64,000 nucleotides of DNA from Bacteroidota bacterium (lineage in GTDB: Bacteria > Bacteroidota > Bacteroidia > AKYH767-A > OLB10): contig JANXSD010000009.1 in assembly GCA_025352785.1 (NCBI GenBank), forward strand, positions 5,402-69,401, given 5' to 3'. Below the pieces are notes generated by a model. It saw only the letters and a list, made by a program, of their open reading frames with translations, searched no databases and was not told where the DNA came from. Below, one piece after another: positions 30,623 to 41,229 of this stretch (within the stretch, counting starts at the first letter, position 1; every line of letters starts with the position of its first letter). The translations under genes were made by a program, and so were the position numbers.

Positions 30623-31495
30623 TTAATCGTTATTAGCACTTTCTTCAATAAGAAATTTTCGTTGTTTTAAAAGATAACCATTTCCTTTAGTCATTACATG
30701 CACAATTAAATTCTCAATACTTATAGGTGATCCTTCTGATAAATCGGCGATATTAGAATGACGAATTCCATGTCCATCAACAATTATGATTAATCCAGAA
30801 CCAATAGCTTCTAAATTATCATTACCACGAATTATAACACCAGTATCTTCACCTAAGCCAATTCCAATGCATGATGGATTGGAAGCAACAGCTTGTGCTA
30901 ATCTCCCGAATCGTCCACGTTTATCAAAATGCGAATCAATAATTACATCCTTAATAAAAGCTAGTCCTGTAGTAATTTTCACTTCTCCTTTTACGAGAGC
31001 GCCAGCACTACTACCTTGGTAAATCATGGTGTTACTCATCGCCATCGCTCCAGCAGAAGTTCCTGCGATAACTATTTCTTCGTCAATAAAACGTTGATGA
31101 AGTGTTGATAAAATTTCTGTACCTCCAAAAATTGTACTCAATCGAAGTTGATTTCCGCCTGTCATCATTACACCGTCACACTCACGAATCCGCTTGATAT
31201 AATCTGGATTTTGTGTATCGGCTCTATTCTTAATATGCATAATTTGGATGTTAGTACAACCAATTTTTGTAAATGCATGTAAGTAGTTTTCACCAACTTC
31301 TTCAGGAATGCTGGATGCCGTTGTGATAACTTCTATATGAGAGTTTTTCTGATTCTTAGTCTCGTGAGCAATCCTAGAAAGTATCTGAAGCTCGAAAAAA
31401 TTGAGATTATTTTTCTGTTGGAAATTAGGTTCTGGCTCGGTCCCTTTATCTTCGTTTCCGCCAATTGCAATTAACTTTCCCTTCGGTAATGTCAT
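30623..31495 (-). CDS. cphB: Cyanophycinase (peptidase S51)
   Basis: 290 aa with LIAIGGNEDKG and GTSAGAMAMS (Ser nucleophile context). It is divergent from cphA. Confidence 0.8.
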   Translation of the reverse strand: MTLPKGKLIAIGGNEDKGTEPEPNFQQKNNLNFFELQILSRIAHETKNQKNSHIEVITTASSIPEEVGENYLHAFTKIGCTNIQIMHIKNRADTQNPDYIKRIRECDGVMMTGGNQLRLSTIFGGTEILSTLHQRFIDEEIVIAGTSAGAMAMSNTMIYQGSSAGALVKGEVKITTGLAFIKDVIIDSHFDKRGRFGRLAQAVASNPSCIGIGLGEDTGVIIRGNDNLEAIGSGLIIIVDGHGIRHSNIADLSEGSPISIENLIVHVMTKGNGYLLKQRKFLIEESANND

Positions 31496-31667
31496 GTTAT
31501 TTTATTAATTCTACTAAGATAAGGCTCTGAACCAATGCAAGTCAAGAAATCAATTTTTCCTAATGCTTGGTAGAGTACGAAACTATTTCTATTTTCAGCG
31601 TCGACTGGACAAGTCCCACCAGTTTTATCAACAATAAAAATTGAATAACCCCATTTAAATTTACCCT

Positions 31668-34343
31668 ATGAAGATTCGTGAGATACGTGCCATGCGTGGC
31701 CCCAATTATTGGTCAATCCGTCGTCATAAACTCATTGTGATGAAGCTCGACCTAGAAGAAATGGAAGAAAAACCGAGTAATAGTATTGATGGCTTCTCGG
31801 AAAGAATGGAAGCCATGTTTCCGACGATGTACTCTCATGAATGCTCTGAGTCACAGCCTGGTGGCTTTTTTAAACGAGTAAAAGATGGTACTTGGATGGG
31901 TCATGTGGTAGAACATATTGCTTTAGAAATTCAAACGCTAGCTGGAATGGATGTCGGTTTTGGCAGGACACGTTCCGCTTCAGAATACGGCGTTTATAAT
32001 GTAGTTTTTTCCTACATGGAAGAAAAAGTAGGCATCTATGCAGCTAAATCGGCGGTTCGAATTACTCAGTCCTTGGCTGATAACATTCCTTATGACCTTG
32101 AAGCTGACATTCAAGAGATGCGTGAAATCAGAGAAGACAATCGCCTTGGGCCTAGTACAGGATCAATCGTTGAGGAAGCTCAAGCAAGAGGAATTCCTTG
32201 GATTCGCTTAAATCGACATTCTTTAGTAATGCTTGGTTATGGTGTTAATCAAAAACGTATTCAAGCAACGGTAACGAGTAATACAAGTAGTATAGCGGTT
32301 GAAATTGCATGCGATAAAGAAGATACGAAAAATTTACTCGAAGCAGCTAATATCCCAGTGCCTAAAGGCCGAATTATTTATGATGAAGATGATTTGAAAG
32401 ATGCAATTGTATCTATTAATTATCCGATTGTTATTAAACCTATTAATGGAAATCATGGACGAGGAGCTACCATAAATATTCGCAATTGGGAAGATGCTGT
32501 GGAAGCTTTAGCTGCGGCCAAGAAAATTTCACGATCAGTAATTTGCGAAAAATATATTACAGGATTTGATCATCGCTTGCTAGTTATAAATTACAAATTT
32601 GTTGCTGCTGCAAAACGAACTCCAGCCGCTGTTAAAGGTGATGGCGTTTCAACTATACAAAAGTTAATAGATGAAGTAAATAAAGATCCTCGTCGTGGAT
32701 ATGGGCATGAAAAAGTATTGACATCCATTAAAGTGGATGATAATACATCTAATATTCTCGCAGAAAAAAATCTTACACTTGAAAGTATTTTACCTGTTGG
32801 CGAAATTTTATTTTTGAAATCTACTGCAAATATTTCTACTGGTGGTACAGCAACTGATGTTACTGATTTAGTACATCCACATAATGTTTTTATGGCTGAA
32901 CGAATCGCAAAAATTGTTGGACTTGACATTTGCGGTATTGATATTATGACTGATGATTTAAGTGAACCACTTGCTGATTCACAAGGTGCAATTCTGGAGG
33001 TGAACGCAGCCCCAGGATTTAGAATGCACCTCGCACCAACAGAAGGTTTACCACGTAACGTTGCCGATCCTGTTATTGAAATGTTATTTCCTCCAGGAAG
33101 TAGTTATCGAATTCCAATTGTTGCTGTTACTGGTACCAATGGAAAAACAACTACAACGCGATTACTTGCGCACATGGCAAAAACTGCTGGTTATAAAGTT
33201 GGATTTACTACTACTGATGGAATTTATATTCAAAATATAATGATGCAACGTGGTGATTGTACTGGGCCACAAAGTGCCGAATTTGTATTGAAAGACCCTA
33301 CTGTTGATTTCGCTGTATTAGAATGTGCACGAGGCGGAATTTTACGTGCTGGATTAGGATTCGGACAATGTGATATTGGTATTGTAACGAATGTGGCTGC
33401 AGATCATTTAGGCTTAAAGGATATTAATTCACTTGATGATATGGCACGTGTAAAATCAGTGGTTCCAGAAGCAGTGCGACCTGGAGGATATGCCATTTTA
33501 AATGCCGATGATGAACTCGTGGCAAATATGGCGAAAGGTTTACATAGTAACATTGCATATTTCAGTATGGATGAAAAAAATCCATTGATTCGTGAACATT
33601 GCGATAAAGGTGGATTAGCTGCTATAGCAGAGAATGGCTATATCACAATTTGTAAAGGAAATTGGAAAATTAGAGTTGATAAGATTGTCAATATTCCACT
33701 TACTTTTAGAGGGAAAGCAGTATTTATGATTCAAAATATTTTACCGGCTGTTCTTACTGGATTTATCCGCAATTTCGAAATGGAAGATATTCGTCTTGCG
33801 TTAGAAACATTTATTCCTTCCCCAGTTCAAACTCCAGGAAGAATGAACATGTTCGAATTCAAGAAATTTACGGTTATGGTTGATTACGCTCATAACCCAG
33901 CAGGTTTCCAAGCAATAGGAAGATTCCTTGAAAAGATTGAAGCCAAACCAAAGATGGGAATCATAGCAGGAGTTGGTGATCGTCGTGATGAAGATATTAT
34001 ATTGTTGGGAACTTTAGCTGCTAAAATGTTTGATGAAGTAGTTGTTCGTCAAGATAGAAATTTAAGAGGTAGAAGTGAAAGTGAAATAATCGAATTAATG
34101 CTTAAAGGTATTTATAGTGTAGATCCAAATAAAAAAGTTACTGTTATTCCTAGTGAACCAGAAGCCATTGACTACGCCTTTAAAAATGCGAAAAAAGGAG
34201 CATTTATATGTATCTGCAGTGATGTGGTTCCTGATGCACTTGAGCAAGTAATGCGGTATAAAGATGACGAAGATAAATTTGAAATAACAGCTGATGATAT
34301 TCCTAATCTTCAAGAAAATAGAAGTACTGAAAAACAAAGCTAA
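31668..34343 (+). CDS. cphA: Cyanophycin synthetase
   Basis: 891 aa. Begins MKIREIRAMRGPNYWS. It has an ATP-grasp domain plus a Mur-ligase-like domain (GTNGKTTTTRLL P-loop). Confidence 0.9.
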   Translation: MKIREIRAMRGPNYWSIRRHKLIVMKLDLEEMEEKPSNSIDGFSERMEAMFPTMYSHECSESQPGGFFKRVKDGTWMGHVVEHIALEIQTLAGMDVGFGRTRSASEYGVYNVVFSYMEEKVGIYAAKSAVRITQSLADNIPYDLEADIQEMREIREDNRLGPSTGSIVEEAQARGIPWIRLNRHSLVMLGYGVNQKRIQATVTSNTSSIAVEIACDKEDTKNLLEAANIPVPKGRIIYDEDDLKDAIVSINYPIVIKPINGNHGRGATINIRNWEDAVEALAAAKKISRSVICEKYITGFDHRLLVINYKFVAAAKRTPAAVKGDGVSTIQKLIDEVNKDPRRGYGHEKVLTSIKVDDNTSNILAEKNLTLESILPVGEILFLKSTANISTGGTATDVTDLVHPHNVFMAERIAKIVGLDICGIDIMTDDLSEPLADSQGAILEVNAAPGFRMHLAPTEGLPRNVADPVIEMLFPPGSSYRIPIVAVTGTNGKTTTTRLLAHMAKTAGYKVGFTTTDGIYIQNIMMQRGDCTGPQSAEFVLKDPTVDFAVLECARGGILRAGLGFGQCDIGIVTNVAADHLGLKDINSLDDMARVKSVVPEAVRPGGYAILNADDELVANMAKGLHSNIAYFSMDEKNPLIREHCDKGGLAAIAENGYITICKGNWKIRVDKIVNIPLTFRGKAVFMIQNILPAVLTGFIRNFEMEDIRLALETFIPSPVQTPGRMNMFEFKKFTVMVDYAHNPAGFQAIGRFLEKIEAKPKMGIIAGVGDRRDEDIILLGTLAAKMFDEVVVRQDRNLRGRSESEIIELMLKGIYSVDPNKKVTVIPSEPEAIDYAFKNAKKGAFICICSDVVPDALEQVMRYKDDEDKFEITADDIPNLQENRSTEKQS

Positions 34344-34392
34344 TTGGAATGTTCTTTAATTTTTTTAAGTGATTAATTTATTGGAATCGTAT

Positions 34393-34427
34393 AAAAGGTC
34401 TCGACATTGTCGAGACCTTTTATTTGT
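34393..34427 (+). terminator. Rho-independent terminator after cphA
   Basis: Perfect aaaaggtctcgaca-tt-gtcgagacctttt hairpin followed by atttgtt. Confidence 0.7.
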
Positions 34428-34614
34428 TACTTACATTTATTTTTATAAAATTAATTGCAAATAGTAGATGTGAGGCTAACGAATTTTATTCATCGTAAAA
34501 TAATTGCATTTCGTCGATAGAAAATATGATTTAATATGGAAAAATAATCCTACTAAAAATAGGTTGAGGAATTAGGAAATAGTATTTGTTACTATATATT
34601 TGTATGTACATATA

Positions 34615-37068
34615 ATGAGCAAATACTTACTTTATTTTTTGTTATTCTTTTCATCGTTTGCATTTCCTGCAGATACTACCAAAGTATGTACTGCGACTAG
34701 AGTAACTATTGCTCCAAAGATTAATGGCAATCTTGATGATGCTGTATGGCAACAAGGATTAGCTGTTGGAAATTTTACACAGCGGAGTCCTAATGATAAA
34801 CATCCAGAATCGCAGCAAACGGAGGTGAAAATAATTTATACAGATTATGCTATTTACATTGGTGCAGAAATGCACGATACTTCACCTGATAGTATATTGC
34901 AACAGCTAGGAATGCGAGATCAAAATGATTTAAATGCTGATCGCTTTTTTTTCAAGATTGACACTTACCATAATGAACAAGATGCATTTCAATTTGGAGT
35001 TTCTGCATCAGGAATACAATTTGATTCAAAATTCAGTGATTATACTTTTGATGCGGTTTGGACCAGTTCCGTTAGTGTTACAAAAAACGGATGGACAGCA
35101 GAAATGGAAATACCCTATTCAGCTATTCGCTTTCCGAAAAGAGAAGTACAAGAATGGGGTTTGCAATTCAACAGAGAAATTCGACGTAATCGAGAATTTG
35201 ATTTGTGGTCGTATGTTCCTAAAACAGCAGCCAACGCACAAAGCTATTGGGGTACATTAATAGGCATTACGAATGTTAAAACGCCAATTCGTCTATCTCT
35301 GATTCCATATATAGGTACTTCGTACGAACATGCGCCAGATTATGATGATGTAGGAAATTATAAATATAGTAATAGTACTTCTTATAATTATGGAGCCGAT
35401 GTAAAATATGGGATTGATGATCGCTTTACATTGGATATGTCGTTGTTACCAGATTTTGGGCAAGTGCAATCTGATAAAACAGTAAAGAATTTAAGTTACG
35501 AAGAAACCATTTATGATGAGAATCGTCCATTCTTTAAAGAAGGTACAGAATTATTTAACAAAGGAAATTTATTCTACTCAAGAAGAATTGGTAAAACTCC
35601 ATCTAACTATTATTCAATTTATGGGAATTTAAATGAAGGTGATATTGTAGTGGAAAATCCTAATAAAGTCAAGCTAATTAATGCTACAAAAATATCTGGA
35701 AGAATGGATCAAGGATTAGGTATAGGATTTTTTAATGCCCTTACAAATAATGCATACGCTAAAATTAAAGCTCAAGATGGAAGCACAAGAAAAATTTTAA
35801 CAGAGCCACTCACAAATTATACGATTTTAGTTTTAGATCAACAATTTAAAAACAATTCTGATGCATACCTTATCAATACGAGCACGCTACGTTCTGGAGA
35901 ATATACCAATGCAAATATAACAGGTGCTGGAGTTAAAATAAGCAATAAGAAAAACACCTACGCGATCAAAAGTGAAGGGTTTATTAGTCAGAATTATTTC
36001 AAAAAAATAGAAAACTATCAATATAATTCGAATCAATTAATAGGGTATAAATACCTACTTGGAATCGATAAACTCGGCGGGAATTTCAATTATGGTATTA
36101 ATAGAACTGTTAGGGATACAAATTATAGAAGTATTGATTTAGGATATTACGAGAGAGTTGGACAAAATGAAAACAAAAGTTATTTCAATTTTAATTTATA
36201 TAATCCTTGGGGATTTATTCGTGAATCCTATAACAATGTTCAAATGGATTATGCTACTGATTGTAAAACAGGAAAGATTGGATATAATGAAATTAGATTG
36301 AATTTATTTGTAAATACATTAAGTTATAATGCGTTCTATTTAAATGGAGGAATTCAACCAATTAGACCTTATGATTATTATGAATCGAGAACTCCGGGGA
36401 GAGTTTTTCATGGATACAATTATTATTATCTTAATAGTGGAATAAGTTCAGATTATAGAAAGTCGTTAGCGATTGATTATAGTTTTCAAGTTTCAAATTT
36501 CTTAAATCGATTTAAAGGAGAAGGGTATAAAAACGCAATCAGCATTAGAGTTCGACCATCCGATAAATTATTTATAATCTATAATTTCATTAGTGATTTT
36601 GATCCATATAATTTAGGATATGCAAATACAACTACTGACGGCGCCATAATTTTTGGCACCAGAAAAATAAATACTTGGGTTAACGAACTAAATTGCAATT
36701 TCATCTTTACTAAAGATATGAGTATTTCTTTAATTGGTCGTCATTATTGGAATACTGGAAAATATAGAAACTACTATTCACTTTTAGACGATGGTGAATT
36801 AGCAGAGAATAGTACGTATATTCAAAATAATGATTTCAATTTTAATGCATTCAATATCGATCTTGTTTATGAATGGAGATTCTCTCACGGAAGCATTTTA
36901 AACTTCATTTATAAAAACGGAATTCAAAATGAATCTGAACTTAAAACTTTAGATTATGGTAAAAACTTTCATACTGTTTTGCAATCACCACAAACTAATA
37001 TTTTCGCAGTGAAGTTGCTCTATTATTTAGATTATCAAAAAATACATACGAGGACAAATATTCCATAA
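34615..37068 (+). CDS. DUF5916-family secreted/outer-membrane protein with N-terminal CBM9-like carbohydrate-binding domain
   Basis: Signal peptide MSKYLLYFLLFFSSFAFPA, then ...KINGNLDDAVWQQ...NFTQRSPN, which is CBM9-like. It is Tyr/Asn-rich and beta-rich through to the C-terminus. ATG at 34615 is preferred over the TTG at 34600. Confidence 0.45.
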   Translation: MSKYLLYFLLFFSSFAFPADTTKVCTATRVTIAPKINGNLDDAVWQQGLAVGNFTQRSPNDKHPESQQTEVKIIYTDYAIYIGAEMHDTSPDSILQQLGMRDQNDLNADRFFFKIDTYHNEQDAFQFGVSASGIQFDSKFSDYTFDAVWTSSVSVTKNGWTAEMEIPYSAIRFPKREVQEWGLQFNREIRRNREFDLWSYVPKTAANAQSYWGTLIGITNVKTPIRLSLIPYIGTSYEHAPDYDDVGNYKYSNSTSYNYGADVKYGIDDRFTLDMSLLPDFGQVQSDKTVKNLSYEETIYDENRPFFKEGTELFNKGNLFYSRRIGKTPSNYYSIYGNLNEGDIVVENPNKVKLINATKISGRMDQGLGIGFFNALTNNAYAKIKAQDGSTRKILTEPLTNYTILVLDQQFKNNSDAYLINTSTLRSGEYTNANITGAGVKISNKKNTYAIKSEGFISQNYFKKIENYQYNSNQLIGYKYLLGIDKLGGNFNYGINRTVRDTNYRSIDLGYYERVGQNENKSYFNFNLYNPWGFIRESYNNVQMDYATDCKTGKIGYNEIRLNLFVNTLSYNAFYLNGGIQPIRPYDYYESRTPGRVFHGYNYYYLNSGISSDYRKSLAIDYSFQVSNFLNRFKGEGYKNAISIRVRPSDKLFIIYNFISDFDPYNLGYANTTTDGAIIFGTRKINTWVNELNCNFIFTKDMSISLIGRHYWNTGKYRNYYSLLDDGELAENSTYIQNNDFNFNAFNIDLVYEWRFSHGSILNFIYKNGIQNESELKTLDYGKNFHTVLQSPQTNIFAVKLLYYLDYQKIHTRTNIP

Positions 37069-37122
37069 TGGTATCCTTTTTTTGTCTTTACATTTGCAAA
37101 AAGTAAAATCAAACCTATTATT

Positions 37123-37998
37123 ATGAAAAGGATACTATTTCTAACTGCTTTCCTATTGATTCAGCAAGCAATTATTGCACAACGTAATGGCGTATTTTTA
37201 TTTAAAGGAAATGCAGATTTCAAACTCAGTTTTAACACTTGTATTTATGATAAAGTTTATGATGATGATGGTGAAAAAAAGACTATTGCTAATACAAAAA
37301 GCACAATAACTAGCCTAGAGTTTAGAGGCGGTTTAACAAACAAAATTAATGCGCTAATTGTTATACCTTATATAATTAACAAAGTAAATGGAACACCTGC
37401 AAATCAGTCATCAGAAAGTATCTCTACCCAATATTCTTCTACAGGAGATTTAGATTTAGGAGTTGAATATCTATTTATCAATAATGATCCGTTGAAACTA
37501 ATTTTAGGCCTACATCAAAGTATTGGAACGGGGAATAACATCCAACAAATAGGTTTGAATACTGGCTACAAGGATTATCATGAGCAACTAAAAATAAAAT
37601 TGGCCTTTGAGCCTTCTACAAAGTGGAATTTTATTTCATGTGTCGGATTCACGAATCATAACAAAGGGTATGGGGATGAAATATCAGGTAAGATTGAATT
37701 AAATATTATTGCATTAAAAAATCTTTGGTTTAACTTTCGCGTGGAAGGAATTCAACCATTAGAGAATGGTGACAAAATCAGTAAACCTTTTGCCAATGGC
37801 AAACTAATTTCTGATGGATTGTTTTATGGATTATATGCTCAAAATAGGGGCTATTTCATGTTTAGTCCTGAGCTACATTATGAATTCACAAAAAAATGGG
37901 GAACTTATACATCAATAAAAAAATGTTTCATTGGGCAAGAATACCAATCGGGAATTACTTATGAATTTGGTGTGCACTATCAACTGGAACCAAATTGA
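37123..37998 (+). CDS. Hypothetical secreted/outer-membrane beta-rich protein
   Basis: Signal peptide MKRILFLTAFLLIQQAIIAQ, a pattern of alternating hydrophobic residues, and a C-terminal aromatic. Confidence 0.3.
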   Translation: MKRILFLTAFLLIQQAIIAQRNGVFLFKGNADFKLSFNTCIYDKVYDDDGEKKTIANTKSTITSLEFRGGLTNKINALIVIPYIINKVNGTPANQSSESISTQYSSTGDLDLGVEYLFINNDPLKLILGLHQSIGTGNNIQQIGLNTGYKDYHEQLKIKLAFEPSTKWNFISCVGFTNHNKGYGDEISGKIELNIIALKNLWFNFRVEGIQPLENGDKISKPFANGKLISDGLFYGLYAQNRGYFMFSPELHYEFTKKWGTYTSIKKCFIGQEYQSGITYEFGVHYQLEPN

Positions 37999-38282
37999 TT
38001 ATATATGAAATAAATTATTTAAAAAAAATTATATTTTAGGTAAAATAAAAAACATAAAAATCATAAATGTAAAATACACCATTAGTACGGAGAAACAAAA
38101 TCTTTCGAAGCTATTAAAACTATAACCCTCATATCTCCTAAGCAATTGTACCATTGATTTTTGTTCTTTCATTACCTATACAATTTATAACTTAAAGTTA
38201 ATTTTTTCGAATTATTAATAGTAAATAAAATAATCCATAATGATTATTTTATTACAATAATAGTTTATTCATCTTGATAATA

Positions 38283-38684
38283 TTAATACGAATTCAATAC
38301 GAATTTGAAGCCAACAAAAGCTACAGAGATTATCAATATTGAAATGAATAAGTGAACAATATTTCCTGGTTGCTGTAGCCAATGACGTTTAAACATCCAC
38401 AATAATTTTTGCTGTTGCAACCATGTTAATCTCGTTAAATATTCTCTTTGTGTAGTCTTGTACGATGACTCTGTAATAATTCTATTTATATCTCTTTTAA
38501 ATCGTTTATTTTCTCTTTCGCAAGTAATTTCAAAATGAGTATCATCATAATAAAATGATCTTCCAACTTCTTCAATTGGCAATTTTCCGAGCTTCTTGAT
38601 TTGCTTTCCATCAAGTACTAACTGACCACCACATTCGAAGTACTTACCCTTGTCAAGGTAATAAAACTTTGTTTTTATTTTCAT
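38283..38684 (-). CDS. Hypothetical small protein with C-terminal TM anchor (orphan, within an AT-rich island)
   Basis: 133 aa with a basic soluble N-terminal part and a C-terminal HLFISILIISVAFVGFKFVL helix. It is flanked by about 280 and 385 bp of very AT-rich non-coding DNA. Confidence 0.25.
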   Translation of the reverse strand: MKIKTKFYYLDKGKYFECGGQLVLDGKQIKKLGKLPIEEVGRSFYYDDTHFEITCERENKRFKRDINRIITESSYKTTQREYLTRLTWLQQQKLLWMFKRHWLQQPGNIVHLFISILIISVAFVGFKFVLNSY

Positions 38685-39069
38685 TTTACAGCCATGTTAA
38701 GATGCACTATTCCCGTTGAGAACTGAATTAATTAGTATATATTAGGGCTGAGAGGTGTAAACTAGGAATATAAAAAAGTCCATCATCACGAGTGTAATAT
38801 AGCCCTAAGCTTCAATATTACCCATATATTGCTTTGATAAATCCAAAACAATATGCGCATTATACAAGTGGCTCTGCTAAAATCGAGACATGTGTAGATT
38901 TGAACTGGAAAAAGAGGGATTTTATTAATTACGAGGCTATTTCGATTAAAAAATATAGCTGATAATCCATTTTAACAAAATTATAACAATTTAGGCCTTA
39001 TAAACTGTTGAAAGATTCATGATTACAACAGGGAAGATCATTAAATTTGCCTAGCAAAATAAAAAATAT

Positions 39070-40491
39070 ATGCGTCTAAGAAACTTCATCGTCTCCACTC
39101 TACTGTTTTGTAGCTTCTCCACATTTCAAACCAAGGCAGCAGTAATACCTGGTTATGAACTTCATTTTAAAATTGATGGATTAAAAGATTCTTTGTGTTT
39201 TTTAGCCAATTATTATGGTGACAAGCAATATTTAAAGGATTCTACAAAAGCCGATGGTAATGGAAATATTATCTTTAAAGGCAAAGAGGAACTTCCTGGT
39301 GGAATATATCTCTTCGTTTTTCCTAACAAAACTTATTTCGAATTACTTATCGATAAGAATCAACATTTCTCTATGGAATGTGATATGAATAATGTGGTTT
39401 CCTCCATGAAAGTTAAGGGCTCTGATGATAATATTCTTTTCTATCAATATCTCAATTTTATTCAAAACAAATCAAAAGAAGTTGAGCCACTAAAAAGTGA
39501 ACGTATAAAAATAACCGATCAAAAACAAAAACCAGATTCTATTGATGCAAAAATCAAAGCAATTGATGAAGCTGTTTCTAGCTTTAAAGTAAATTACGCT
39601 AAAGATCATCCAGGTAATATTTTATCAGCAATCTTTAGAGCTTCTCAAGATCCTGTTGTTCCAGAAATTCCAACTTTTGCAAATGGTGCAAAAGATTCAA
39701 CCTTTGCGTTCCGATATTACAAAAAACATTATTTCGATACTTTCGATTTTACGGATGAAAGAGTTTTAAGAAGTCCTGTTTATAATAATAAATTATCTTA
39801 CTATGTAAAGAATCTAATCATTCAGATCCCTGATTCCATAATACCTGAAACCGATAGTCTTATTAAAAAGGCAGAAGGAAATAAAGAGACTTATAAATAT
39901 ATGATATGGTTTCTAACAAATACGTACGAAACTTCCAATATCATGGGTATGGATGAAGTTTTTGTGCATTTAGTAAGGAATAATTACACGAAAGAAAAAG
40001 CTTATTGGGTTGATGCCGCAACACTTTACAAGATTCAAGATAGAGCTGATGTTTTGGAACCAATATTACTTGGGAAAAAATCAAAGAACCTAGTTCTTGC
40101 TGACACTAGCGGCAACTATCAATCCATGTATAATTTAAATGGTCCGTATACAATACTTTATTTCTGGGATCCAGATTGTGGTCATTGTAAAAAGGCTACT
40201 CCAAAAGTTTTAGCCTACTATGAAAAAGTCAAATCGAAAGGTGTAAAAGTATACGCTATTAATTCAGCTGTTGAAGAAGAAAAATGGAAAAAATATATAA
40301 TCGAAAATAAATTGGACTGGACAAATGTTGCAGATCTACATACCCAAAATAATTTTCGACATGAATTCGATATCTCAACAACACCACAGATTTTTATTCT
40401 TGATAAAGACAAAAAAATCATAGCCAAGAAAATAGACGAAGACACCATGGAAAAGATATTAGATAACGAATTAGAAAAGAAATCTAAATAA
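39070..40491 (+). CDS. TlpA-like thiol-disulfide oxidoreductase (DUF4369 N-domain plus thioredoxin fold, CGHC active site)
   Basis: Signal or lipoprotein-like N-terminus and YFWDPDCGHCKK in the C-terminal thioredoxin domain. Confidence 0.6.
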   Translation: MRLRNFIVSTLLFCSFSTFQTKAAVIPGYELHFKIDGLKDSLCFLANYYGDKQYLKDSTKADGNGNIIFKGKEELPGGIYLFVFPNKTYFELLIDKNQHFSMECDMNNVVSSMKVKGSDDNILFYQYLNFIQNKSKEVEPLKSERIKITDQKQKPDSIDAKIKAIDEAVSSFKVNYAKDHPGNILSAIFRASQDPVVPEIPTFANGAKDSTFAFRYYKKHYFDTFDFTDERVLRSPVYNNKLSYYVKNLIIQIPDSIIPETDSLIKKAEGNKETYKYMIWFLTNTYETSNIMGMDEVFVHLVRNNYTKEKAYWVDAATLYKIQDRADVLEPILLGKKSKNLVLADTSGNYQSMYNLNGPYTILYFWDPDCGHCKKATPKVLAYYEKVKSKGVKVYAINSAVEEEKWKKYIIENKLDWTNVADLHTQNNFRHEFDISTTPQIFILDKDKKIIAKKIDEDTMEKILDNELEKKSK

Positions 40492-41227
40492 TTATTTTAT
40501 TATTCCTCTCTAAAAAAGAATTTATTATTATCCCATATAAAAAACTTCCAATCGCAATGATAATTAAATGTCGGGGTACATTTTGATTAAGTCCTAGTAC
40601 AACTCTCGCCGTAGAAAGTATTAAAGCAGTAAGAAATACTTTTCCCCAATAATTTCTATACTTCGATAACAATCTCCATTGTTTCATATCTAACAATGCT
40701 TTTCTATCAATAATTATCAATACAACTGTTGCCAATCCAATTAATGTACAAACGTACCATAAGACATAACACCAACGTATGTTATGCCCAGCAATGTGTG
40801 CGTAATCAATCAAAATTGGAATTCGTTTTACCATAAAACCTTTTGAATGACAAAAGGAATCCCAGAAAAGGTGACTCATGATTCCTACTATTGCAGAAAT
40901 TATAAATACCACATAGTTTCTTCGAAACCAATCAGCGAAATCATAAATAGTTGAAGTTTTATATTTCGATTTTAAAAATGGTAATTTTTGCAATAAATTT
41001 TTTCCGATAAATGAATGCCACGCAAACGCAATTAAGAATGTCATAGGCAAATTAAAAACTAGTATACCCCAAAATGAATGACTGATGTATGAACCTGAAT
41101 TCATCCAAATAAAATATTCTACATCAGGAACCATACTGCCAATGATGAGTGCAGTCCATGAAATATATTTAGGATTTAACCATCGTGCAGGTAATAATAT
41201 GGCAGTGTGAGCCGGAGTAAATGGCAT
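40484..41227 (-). CDS. DUF4184-family membrane-associated metal-dependent hydrolase-like protein
   Basis: Begins MPFTPAHTAILLP, with multiple TM segments and conserved His residues. Confidence 0.45.
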   Translation of the reverse strand: MPFTPAHTAILLPARWLNPKYISWTALIIGSMVPDVEYFIWMNSGSYISHSFWGILVFNLPMTFLIAFAWHSFIGKNLLQKLPFLKSKYKTSTIYDFADWFRRNYVVFIISAIVGIMSHLFWDSFCHSKGFMVKRIPILIDYAHIAGHNIRWCYVLWYVCTLIGLATVVLIIIDRKALLDMKQWRLLSKYRNYWGKVFLTALILSTARVVLGLNQNVPRHLIIIAIGSFLYGIIINSFLERNNKIII

Positions 41228-41229
41228 AA

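Noticed and set aside
38745-38815. Inverted pair TTAGGGCT ... AGCCCTAA as a riboswitch or sRNA
   Set aside because: There is only a single 8-bp stem and no recognisable riboswitch consensus. It is retained only as a minor note inside the AT-rich island finding.
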